Shown one piece after another: positions 37,496 to 45,193 of a DNA stretch of 64,000 bases; position 1 is the stretch's first letter; the number at the start of each line of letters is the position of its first letter. Source of the DNA: an uncultured Pseudomonadales bacterium (GTDB lineage Bacteria; Pseudomonadota; Gammaproteobacteria; Pseudomonadales; Azotimanducaceae); NCBI GenBank assembly GCA_964518405.1, contig CAZFGB010000044.1, forward strand, positions 14,862 through 78,861, given 5' to 3'. The position numbers and the translations under genes were made by a program. The notes under the pieces are model-generated. The model did not search any database and was not told where the DNA came from. It saw only the letters and a list, made by a program, of their open reading frames with translations.

Positions 37496-38721
37496 AGCGC
37501 CCGCCCCTGCCTTCCGTGCTGCGATATCCGTTGCTTGCCCGCATGGGCCGGTATGAACCGAGGGTGGCTTCCGGGATTCGCGTCCGCGCCGGCGATGTCC
37601 TTGCCCGCGGGGAAGCGCCGCTCCTGGGACCCCTGCATGCTGGCGCGTCCGGGATGGTTGAGGTGACGGCTGGGGACATCGTGTTGTATCCGGACGGGCT
37701 TCACGACGCCGCCGGGCCGCTGACCGCGAAAGACCTGGCGGAGCGGGTCCGAGACGCCGGCATCGTCGGGTTGGGCGGGGCCGGCTATCCGACCTGGCTC
37801 AAGCTTCGGCAAGCCAGGGAAGCCGGCGTCAGCACCCTGATCGTCAATGCTGTCGAATGCGAACCCGGTGTTTCGGCGGACCGCGCCCTGCAGCGCGAGC
37901 ATACCGAGGAGATCCTGTCGGGCATGCGCGTTCTGGCGGACTACCTGGGAAAACCGCGAACCGTCATCGCCCTCGGCGAAGGCATGGAGGATGTTCCGGA
38001 GATCGAGACGGCGCGCGTCGGGGGTCGTTATCCGTCCGGTTCCGAACATGTACTGGTGCGGCAGGTGGCGGGTATGGACCTCGGAAAAAGACTCCCTGCC
38101 GAAGTGGGCGTTCTGGTGCTGAACGTTGCCACGGTGTTCGCCGTTCACCGCGCCTGGCGCTGCGGCGAACGACTGACGGAGCGCATCGTCACCGTGCAGG
38201 ACGAGAATGCCTGGCTGCATATCGGCCATCCCGTTGCGGAACTGCCCTTGCCCGAGGGTGAGGTGGTGGTGGGTGGTCCGATCACGGGGTGGCTTGCGAC
38301 GGAAGGCGAGTCCATCGCCAAGACCACCCGCGCGGTCACCGTGCGCGAGCCCCCGGCGGCGAGTCCGTGCATCCGCTGCGGCTGGTGCGCGCGCGCCTGT
38401 CCCGAAGGGCTGCTGCCGCAGGAATTGTTCCGCCACATCAACGCGGCGCACTTCCCCGAGATGGAACGACTGCGCCTTGCCGACTGTGTTGAATGCGGCG
38501 CCTGCGACATGGCGTGTCCAAGCCGATTGCCGCTGCTGGCCACGTTCCGGTACGGCAAGTCGGAACGACGCGAGTTGGAGCGGCGCGAGCGCGGCGCGGC
38601 GCTTGCGCGGGACCGGTTCACGGCTCGCGCGGCGCGTCGGGAACACCAGCGCGCGGCCGAGCGCAAGGAACGCGAAGTCCGCATGGCTTCGCGTCGCCAA
38701 TGGACCGATTCGCGCCAGTGA
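37492..38721 (+). CDS. rnfC: Rnf complex subunit C
   Basis: GIVGLGGAGYPTWLK, CIRCGWCARACP and CVECGACDMACP. The GTG start overlaps the rnfB stop (GTGA). Confidence 0.9.
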   Translation: MKRPPLPSVLRYPLLARMGRYEPRVASGIRVRAGDVLARGEAPLLGPLHAGASGMVEVTAGDIVLYPDGLHDAAGPLTAKDLAERVRDAGIVGLGGAGYPTWLKLRQAREAGVSTLIVNAVECEPGVSADRALQREHTEEILSGMRVLADYLGKPRTVIALGEGMEDVPEIETARVGGRYPSGSEHVLVRQVAGMDLGKRLPAEVGVLVLNVATVFAVHRAWRCGERLTERIVTVQDENAWLHIGHPVAELPLPEGEVVVGGPITGWLATEGESIAKTTRAVTVREPPAASPCIRCGWCARACPEGLLPQELFRHINAAHFPEMERLRLADCVECGACDMACPSRLPLLATFRYGKSERRELERRERGAALARDRFTARAARREHQRAAERKEREVRMASRRQWTDSRQ

Positions 38722-39596
38722 CGCCAACCACGCGGGGAATCATGCTGCGTACCGGCGCGGCGCTCGTGCCGGCACTGCTGGTTGCGACGTATTTTTTCGG
38801 TGCGGGCGTATTGGTCAATCTGGCGGTCACCCTGAGCGCCGGGGTCGCGTTGGAGGCGGGCTGGGTCTGGGCGCGTTTTCGCCAGCTCGACGCCGTCAAG
38901 GACGGCAGTACGCCGGTGACCTGCGCGCTCATCGCAATCGCCGTTCCCCCTGCCATGGAACCCGGCATCCTGGTATTCGCGGCGGCCATGGCGGTAATCC
39001 TCGCCAAGCAACTGTACGGCGGCATCGGGAAGAACGTCTTCAACCCCGCGATGGTCGGATACGCGGCGGCGCTGGTCGCGTTCCCGGCCCACTTCGCCGA
39101 CTGGGATGCGCTCACGGGGGCAACGGCACTGGACGTCTTCGGCTTTCGCGGCGGCGAGACCGCGGCCGAGATATGGCGGCAACCCGCCTTCGGGACGTTC
39201 GGCGCGCGCGGCTTCGAGTTCGTCAATGCCGCCGCGCTCGCCAGCGGACTCTATCTCTGCGCGGTTCGACTCGCGAACTGGCGGATGCCCGTCGCGGTGC
39301 TCGGCGCGCTCGGCGCGTGCGCCGCGCTCGGATACGACAACGGCAGTTCCGCGAGCCTGGGTTCCCCGCTGTTTCATTGGTTTTCCGGCGGCACGATGCT
39401 GGCGGCTTTCTTCATCGCCACGGACCCGGTGACCGCGCCGTCATCGACGCGCGCGCAATGGATCTTCGGGATTGCGATAGGCGTGCTGATCTATTGCATT
39501 CGCAGCTTCGGAGGCTACCCGGACGGCATCGCGTTCGCGGTGCTGCTTGCCAACCTGGCGGCGCCGGCCCTCGACAAGTTGGCGCTCCGAGCATGA
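38700..39596 (+). CDS. rnfD: Rnf complex subunit D
   Basis: ...TRGIMLRTGAALVPALLVATYFFG...NPAMVGYAAALVAFP...FFIATDPVTAP. The start at 38700 overlaps the rnfC end by 22 nt. Confidence 0.85.
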   Translation: MDRFAPVTPTTRGIMLRTGAALVPALLVATYFFGAGVLVNLAVTLSAGVALEAGWVWARFRQLDAVKDGSTPVTCALIAIAVPPAMEPGILVFAAAMAVILAKQLYGGIGKNVFNPAMVGYAAALVAFPAHFADWDALTGATALDVFGFRGGETAAEIWRQPAFGTFGARGFEFVNAAALASGLYLCAVRLANWRMPVAVLGALGACAALGYDNGSSASLGSPLFHWFSGGTMLAAFFIATDPVTAPSSTRAQWIFGIAIGVLIYCIRSFGGYPDGIAFAVLLANLAAPALDKLALRA

Positions 39597-40198
39597 CGGC
39601 ACCGCGAGCGACCCCGGCGCGCGCCGCGCTTCTTCTCGGCCTGATGATGGTCGCCGCCGGCGCGTTGCTCGCGGGCATCGACGCGATCACCGGACACCGC
39701 ATCGAAGCGAACGAGCGGCAACAGCGACAGGCGACGCTCCGGGAACTCTCGGGACTCGACATCGAAATGTCCGGCCACGAAGATGTCGCCGCATGCGATC
39801 AAGGCCTGGTGGCGTTGGCGGTCGTGGAGAACGGTTACGGGGGTTCGATGGACGTGGTCGCCGCCTTCCGGCGCGGGCGCCTGTCGGGCGTGCGCGTAAC
39901 GCGCCATGGAGAAACACCCGGTTTTGCCGATATCCTCGATCCTTCGGACTGGATTGGACGCATTGACGCCGATGGCGAGGTCGATGCCGTCACCGGTGCC
40001 ACGATCACATCCAACGCGGTGCTGCGCGCCAGGGATGCTGCCGTTTCCCGGTGGTCCGCCGAGGCTTGGTGCCTGCATGGAAGTACGCCTCCGGCGAAGG
40101 GGGCATTGCCGGCACTTCCGTACGCGTCGGCGGTCGGGGAAGCTCGCCTTCTTCGCGAGGGACACCCTCGCGCTCCTGGGGCTGAAGGCTCCCGGTGA
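39593..40198 (+). CDS. rnfG: Rnf complex subunit G with a C-terminal extension partly encoded by a REP-like element
   Basis: N-terminal anchor LLLGLMMVAAGALLAG, FMN-attachment motif DAVTGATITSNAV. ATGA overlap with rnfD and GTGA overlap with rnfE. Confidence 0.85.
   Translation: MTAPRATPARAALLLGLMMVAAGALLAGIDAITGHRIEANERQQRQATLRELSGLDIEMSGHEDVAACDQGLVALAVVENGYGGSMDVVAAFRRGRLSGVRVTRHGETPGFADILDPSDWIGRIDADGEVDAVTGATITSNAVLRARDAAVSRWSAEAWCLHGSTPPAKGALPALPYASAVGEARLLREGHPRAPGAEGSR
40150..40194. repeat. REP-like palindromic element, same family as 34248-34360, inside the 3' end of rnfG
   Basis: CTTCGCGAGGGACACCCTCGCGCTCCTGGGGCTGAAGGCTCCCGG compared with CATGCGAGGGGCACCCCCTCGCGCTCCCCGGCTGAAGGCTC at about 34319-34360. 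Confidence 0.7.
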
Positions 40199-40755
40199 AC
40201 GAGATCTTCAAGGACGCCGCGTGGCACCACAATCCGGCGTGGGGCCGGCTGCTGGGCCTGTGCCCGCTGCTGGCGGTGACGACAACCCTCGAGAACGCGC
40301 TGGGACTGGCGGCGGCCAGCGCCTTCGTGGTCGTCGGTTCGGCGGGAACGGTGTCCCTGATTCGCGCTTTCGTCCCGGCCGATGTCCGGCTGCCGGTTTT
40401 CGTGCTGGTCATCGCCACCTTCACGTCGGCGGCGACGATGTTGATGCAGGCGTACGCGTTCGATCTCTACGAGCGCGTCGCGCTCTTCGTGCAGATCATA
40501 GTCACCAACTGCATGATCCTCGGCAGACTCGAACAGTTCGCTTCCAGGCAGCCGCCAGGACGGGCGCTGGCGGACGCGTTCGGCACGGCCTGCGGCTTTG
40601 CCGTCGCCCTGATCGCGCTCGGCGCGGTGAGGGAACTCGCGGCCTCGGTAGTTCCCCTCGCGGCATTGGCGCCCGGAGCGTTCATCTTGGCGGGCCTGCT
40701 GCTGGCGGCGGCGCGCGCCGGCGGCACGTTCGCGAGGTTGCATCGCCGAACGTAA
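40195..40755 (+). CDS. rnfE: Rnf complex subunit E
   Basis: VNEIFKDAAWHHNPAWGRLLGLCPLLAVTTTLENALGL...QIIVTNCMILGR. GTG start. Confidence 0.9.
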   Translation: MNEIFKDAAWHHNPAWGRLLGLCPLLAVTTTLENALGLAAASAFVVVGSAGTVSLIRAFVPADVRLPVFVLVIATFTSAATMLMQAYAFDLYERVALFVQIIVTNCMILGRLEQFASRQPPGRALADAFGTACGFAVALIALGAVRELAASVVPLAALAPGAFILAGLLLAAARAGGTFARLHRRT

Positions 40756-40805
40756 CGAGTTCATCCTTCACTCACCAGCACCGTGAGCCATAAGGCAGGC
40801 AAGAC

Positions 40806-41123
40806 ATGATTTTGACCACGACATCCGTGATCGAGGGGAAGAAGGTTCGCGAATACAGGGGCATCGTCACGGGCGAGGCGATCGTCGGCGCGAATGTCTT
40901 CCGGGATTTTTTCGCGGGCATTCGGGACATCGTTGGAGGACGTTCGGGCGCCTACGAGAAGGAACTGCAAAAGGCGCGCGAGATCGCGCTGGAAGAGATG
41001 TCCCATAAAGCTCGCCTACAAGGCGCGAACGCCATCGTCGGAATCGACCTCGACTATGAGGTCGTGGGTCAGGGCGGCAGCATGCTCATGGTCACGGCTT
41101 GCGGCACGGCCGTGACTGTCTGA
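40806..41123 (+). CDS. ybjQ: YbjQ-family (UPF0145) protein
   Basis: [54 protein letters not shown]...[10 protein letters not shown] is a near-canonical YbjQ sequence. Confidence 0.9.
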   Translation: MILTTTSVIEGKKVREYRGIVTGEAIVGANVFRDFFAGIRDIVGGRSGAYEKELQKAREIALEEMSHKARLQGANAIVGIDLDYEVVGQGGSMLMVTACGTAVTV

Positions 41124-41151
41124 AGCCGGCTGACCGGTTGCATCGCAGGTC

Positions 41152-42003
41152 ATGTCCAGTTCGCATCCGCAACGCGGCACCCCAACGCTCGATTCGCGTG
41201 CTCTTGGCTGGGGGCCTCCAAGGGGCGGGCAGTTGCTCCTGATCGAGACGCATCTTTGGCGTTACGCGCTGTATCGGGCGTATCTCAACCTGGTCGGGGA
41301 GGCGTCCAGGTACTATCTCGGCTGGTTGTGGTGGTTGTTGGAACCGATCGCCATGACCGCTGTGTTCTACGTCGTGTTTACCTACATCCGATCGTCGAAC
41401 ATCGACAACTTTGCGTACTTTCTGATCGTCGGTATCACGATGTGGCTTTGGTTCGCCAATGGCGTAGCCAACTCCACGGACTGCATTGCGGTGTCCAGGA
41501 GCATCATTTCCTACATCCGCGTGCCGAAGCTCCTGTTTCCCATCATTGCCGTATCTTCAGCCACGCTGAAGCAGGGTTTCGTATTCGCCATCGTCCTGAT
41601 GCTGATGGGAGCGATATTCGGGCCGAACGGAGCATGGCTTGTTCTGCCGGTGCTGGCGTTGGCGCAGTTCCTGATGACTCTTGCCGTGGCCTCGACGGTT
41701 GCTTTCGCCTGTTGCTGGGTTCGGGATTTCCGGTTCATCGTCCGGTCGGGTCTCACGCTGATGATGTTCTGTTCGGGGATCTTTTATTCGATAGAGGGAA
41801 TGCAGCCCGAGCATCAGGAGTTGTTTCGCCTGAATCCCATGTTCGTGATGATCGAGCAGTATCGCCTCGTGCTGATGCATGCGAGTGCGCCGGATTTGTT
41901 CTGGTGCGCCAAGGTGGCAGCCGCGGCGCTGTTGTGGCTCTGGGTGGTTCGGTCGGCATTTGAACGATTCGACCTGACGTTGACGCGACGCGTGATCGAC
42001 TGA
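41152..42003 (+). CDS. ABC-2-type polysaccharide export permease (Wzm/KpsM/TagG-like)
   Basis: ...LNLVGEASRYYLGWLWWLLEPIAMTAVFYVVF... followed by six predicted TM segments. This is the typical ABC-2 N-terminal motif. Confidence 0.75.
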   Translation: MSSSHPQRGTPTLDSRALGWGPPRGGQLLLIETHLWRYALYRAYLNLVGEASRYYLGWLWWLLEPIAMTAVFYVVFTYIRSSNIDNFAYFLIVGITMWLWFANGVANSTDCIAVSRSIISYIRVPKLLFPIIAVSSATLKQGFVFAIVLMLMGAIFGPNGAWLVLPVLALAQFLMTLAVASTVAFACCWVRDFRFIVRSGLTLMMFCSGIFYSIEGMQPEHQELFRLNPMFVMIEQYRLVLMHASAPDLFWCAKVAAAALLWLWVVRSAFERFDLTLTRRVID

Positions 42004-42124
42004 CCGGCGTATCGCTGCGGACGAACATTGCCTTATGCTCGCCGGAAGCGATAGCAGCGGTCGTGCCCATCGCGGAACGTGATCGAGTGCCCGGCGGAGA
42101 CGGGCGCGGACAATCGAGGACGAA

Positions 42125-43156
42125 TTGAGAAAGTTGCTGGTTCACATCGGATGCGCCAAGGGCGGCAGCTCGGCGATTCAGAAAGGACTCAGGATCAACT
42201 GCGAGGCGCTTGCGTCGCGGGGCATTGCGGTGCCGGGCCACGACCTGGAGACCGGGTCCCATGTGTCGGGCTCCCACGGCGATTTCTTCGAGACGTACCT
42301 CAAGGATCGCCGCGCGATGGATATACCCGAACTCGGCGATCTGCTGGACGCCCAGGCCGACCGGAGCGGGGCTTCCACCGTGGTTCTGTCCGCGGAGAAC
42401 CTTTCCAATCCCACCGGCTTTGAACGGGTGTTCGAGAAACTGGCGGATCGCTTCGACGTTTCGGTCCTGTTCTATGCGCGCAGACAGGATGAGTATCTCG
42501 CCTCGGCATGGCAGCAGTGGTACATCAAGCGCGGCGATTCGCTGCTTCTGTGGATGGTCCATTGCATTCGTTTCATGGTCGGAGACTGGTATGCGACGCT
42601 GCAGCCGTGGGCGGACGCGCTTGGAGACGAACGCATAGTGGCGCGCGTCTATGATCGGGACAGGCTCGTCGAACAGGACGTTTTCCTGGACTTTCTCCAG
42701 GTGCTCGGCGAGGACGCCGAGGGACTGGAAGGGCCGGGCGAGACCTATCCCAGCCTGAGTCCCATGCTGAGCCGCGTTGTCGAGGGAAGGGGTTACCTGT
42801 TCGACGGTCCGAATGATCAGGCCTTCTATCGGAGCGTCAGTGAACTGGCGCCCGATCTCGTGAGGAAGCGGGGGAATGAGCCTGGAATATTCAGTCCGGA
42901 CGAGGCGAACGCCATCATGGTTGCCTTCAGGCAGTCAAATGAACGGTTCCGGAAGCGTTATCTGCCGCATATCAAGCGGCCGCTGTTTCCGATGGGGCCC
43001 GGCGGCAAAACGACCGGAGAAGTCGACAAGGACGCCTTCGAACGCGAGCTCCTTCAGGCGCAGATCTTCAATCTGCACAAACAGCTCGACGAAGTTCGCG
43101 AGGCTCTCAGGCAGCTGGCGGAATCGCTCGCGCCTCCCGGCGAAGGATCAGGTTGA
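42125..43156 (+). CDS. Putative sulfotransferase-like protein with a C-terminal coiled coil
   Basis: HIGCAKGGSSAIQ looks like a 5'-PSB loop and FYARRQDEYLASAW like a 3'-PB (R-x7-S) motif. The C-terminus LLQAQIFNLHKQLDEVREALRQLAE is coiled. TTG start. Assignment is by motif only. Confidence 0.45.
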   Translation: MRKLLVHIGCAKGGSSAIQKGLRINCEALASRGIAVPGHDLETGSHVSGSHGDFFETYLKDRRAMDIPELGDLLDAQADRSGASTVVLSAENLSNPTGFERVFEKLADRFDVSVLFYARRQDEYLASAWQQWYIKRGDSLLLWMVHCIRFMVGDWYATLQPWADALGDERIVARVYDRDRLVEQDVFLDFLQVLGEDAEGLEGPGETYPSLSPMLSRVVEGRGYLFDGPNDQAFYRSVSELAPDLVRKRGNEPGIFSPDEANAIMVAFRQSNERFRKRYLPHIKRPLFPMGPGGKTTGEVDKDAFERELLQAQIFNLHKQLDEVREALRQLAESLAPPGEGSG

Positions 43157-43160
43157 TAGC

Positions 43161-44051
43161 TCAGGACGCGTGACCCTTGGCGCGCAGATAACGTTCGAGC
43201 GCTTCCTGCCATGGCGGCAGCCCGCCAAAGCCCGCCGATACCCTGGTGTTGTCGAGAGCGCTGTAGCGGGGTCTTTCGGCACGCATTGGATACTCGCCGC
43301 TGGCACACGCCAGCACCGATGCCTCGACACCCGCCTGGCGAACGATTTCTTCCGCGAATCCGAACCAGGTCGCGGTTCCGCTGTTCACCACGTGATAGGT
43401 GCCGGGGTCACATTCCTGCATCAACATCCGGACCACGACGGCGGCGACATCCTCGGTTGAGGTGGGCGACATCACCTGGTCGTCGACGACGCGAAGCGCG
43501 CCGCGCTCCTTTCCGAGGCGGATGATCGTCTCTACGAAATTGCCGCCCTTGCCGCTGACGCCGGCGACGCCGAAGAGGGACGCGACGCGAACAACCACCA
43601 GGTCATCCAGGATCAGTCCCGCCAGCGTCTCCCCGACCTCTTTCGATGCACCATAGACGTTGACGGGCGCCGTTGGATCGTCTTCGCGCAGGGGCGCGTC
43701 GCGGCCGGCATCGCCGCCGAACACGTAATCCGTGCTGATGTGAACGAGCCGGGCCCCCTTGCGCGCGCACAGGCGGGCCATTTGCCGCACGGCGCGCGCA
43801 TTCACCGCAAACGCGAGCGTCGCGTTGTCTTCCGCCTCGTCCGTCTTGTGGTAGCCGGCGCAGTTGACCAGGACGTCGAAGTCCCAGTCGCCGAGTCTTT
43901 CCTCCATCTCAGGCGAGGTCAGGTCCAACCGGTCGCGTCCGACCGGCAAGAGTTGGAAGGGCTTGCCCGCGCCCTCGTGGATGTGTCGGATGTCTTGTCC
44001 GAGTTGCCCGTTCGGACCCAGCAGCACGACCCTCAATCTGGTTCCCGGCAC
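43161..44051 (-). CDS. rfbD: dTDP-4-dehydrorhamnose-reductase-like (RmlD-family) NAD(P)-dependent reductase
   Basis: VVLLGPNGQLGQ...VNCAGYHKTDEAE...LVHISTDYVFGG...YGASK shows the RmlD pattern. Confidence 0.75.
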   Translation of the reverse strand: MPGTRLRVVLLGPNGQLGQDIRHIHEGAGKPFQLLPVGRDRLDLTSPEMEERLGDWDFDVLVNCAGYHKTDEAEDNATLAFAVNARAVRQMARLCARKGARLVHISTDYVFGGDAGRDAPLREDDPTAPVNVYGASKEVGETLAGLILDDLVVVRVASLFGVAGVSGKGGNFVETIIRLGKERGALRVVDDQVMSPTSTEDVAAVVVRMLMQECDPGTYHVVNSGTATWFGFAEEIVRQAGVEASVLACASGEYPMRAERPRYSALDNTRVSAGFGGLPPWQEALERYLRAKGHAS

Positions 44052-45181
44052 CGATCCCGACTCTTGACAACGAGTTGTTCCAGCACGTCCTGCAGCATGC
44101 CGAGCTTTGCCTTTCCGTCGACACTCGCGCGAACCCGGCCTGGAAGTCGCGACGTCCAGGCGCCGTCGTCTTCCTCCACGATCCTCGGCAGGACGGTTGC
44201 GATTCGTTGTGCATTCGGAGCTCCGGTGAACGCGTACCCCAGGCTCGCCAGCATGGCCGCGCTGGCGCCCGTTTCCGAAAACGCCATCACCTTCCTGCCG
44301 AGCAAGAGAGCTTCCGGGACTACCAGCGGGTTCGGGTCCTCACGCGAGGACAGGAGAAACGCGTCCAGGCGCCGCAAGTAAGCGTAGGGATTCTCGGTAA
44401 GGCCGGTGGTATAGAAGTTTGGACATGCGAGCGATCGGGAGCGCGCGTGGGTCTCGTCGTTCAGGAGCGTATCGGGCGGCGCCCAGGGTCCGATCCAGAG
44501 GAAGTCGTATTGGGGAAGCCGAACCGCGAGATCGAGGAAGATATCGGCTCCTTTGCGCGGTTGCGCCAACCCGCACATGCCGATGAGCGCGCGGCCGTCG
44601 CCTTCGAGCAAGTTGCCGATTTCGTTGATCGGGCCGGGAACGTGCAGTTCGCTCTGGGACAGGACCGTATCCGCGTCGATGAAGATGCCGAGATTCAGGT
44701 GATTCTGCACCGACGTACCGGTGAGGATCTCGATGTCGTCCAATGCCTGTTGAGATGCTCCTACCAGCAGGTCGGTCCACTGAAGAATCCTCGGCGTGCA
44801 GATGGTCGACAGCAATCCGGGCAAGCTGGTGCCGATTTCGTGCGTGTGCAGGGCGACGGGCACGCCGGCGCGGGCGCCGGCCTCGCACCATTCGCCCGAC
44901 GCGATCGAGTTGACGTACAGGACGTCGGGCGCGAGTTCGCCCAGCATGGTCATGGCCTGATCGACGCGTTCCTTGTACGTCAGGTCGCAAAGCTGGCGGC
45001 TGGTGTCGAGAGAATGAAAGGAGGGCCGCAAGCGCGCGTATCGAGGGAGCTCGATCAATGGCCCGTCACTCTTTGCGAGCAGGGACACCTCGTGGCTGCC
45101 CGCGAGAAACAGGGCGATGTCGAACCCTATTCTCGGTGCGCCGGTAAGGCTCGCTTCATGGCAGACGACGCAGATGTGCAT
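44033..45181 (-). CDS. GT-B-fold glycosyltransferase (family-4-like)
   Basis: MHICVVCHEASLTGAPRIG... at the N-terminus and ...LSSREDPNPLVVPEALLLGRKVMAF (E-x7-E region) near the C-terminus. Confidence 0.75.
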   Translation of the reverse strand: MHICVVCHEASLTGAPRIGFDIALFLAGSHEVSLLAKSDGPLIELPRYARLRPSFHSLDTSRQLCDLTYKERVDQAMTMLGELAPDVLYVNSIASGEWCEAGARAGVPVALHTHEIGTSLPGLLSTICTPRILQWTDLLVGASQQALDDIEILTGTSVQNHLNLGIFIDADTVLSQSELHVPGPINEIGNLLEGDGRALIGMCGLAQPRKGADIFLDLAVRLPQYDFLWIGPWAPPDTLLNDETHARSRSLACPNFYTTGLTENPYAYLRRLDAFLLSSREDPNPLVVPEALLLGRKVMAFSETGASAAMLASLGYAFTGAPNAQRIATVLPRIVEEDDGAWTSRLPGRVRASVDGKAKLGMLQDVLEQLVVKSRDRCREPD

Positions 45182-45193
45182 GCCGGTGTCCTT

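Noticed and set aside
38207-39592. Upstream 460 codons of the 663-aa plus-strand ORF 38207-40198
   Set aside because: Only the last 201 codons (from the ATG at 39593) show RnfG features. The upstream part overlaps rnfC and rnfD in another frame and is Arg/Gly-rich nonsense.
43161-44051. Calling a complete dTDP-rhamnose pathway from the RmlD-like gene
   Set aside because: Only the reductase-like gene is present in the window, and no rmlA, rmlB or rmlC were seen. The substrate could be a different 4-keto-6-deoxy sugar.
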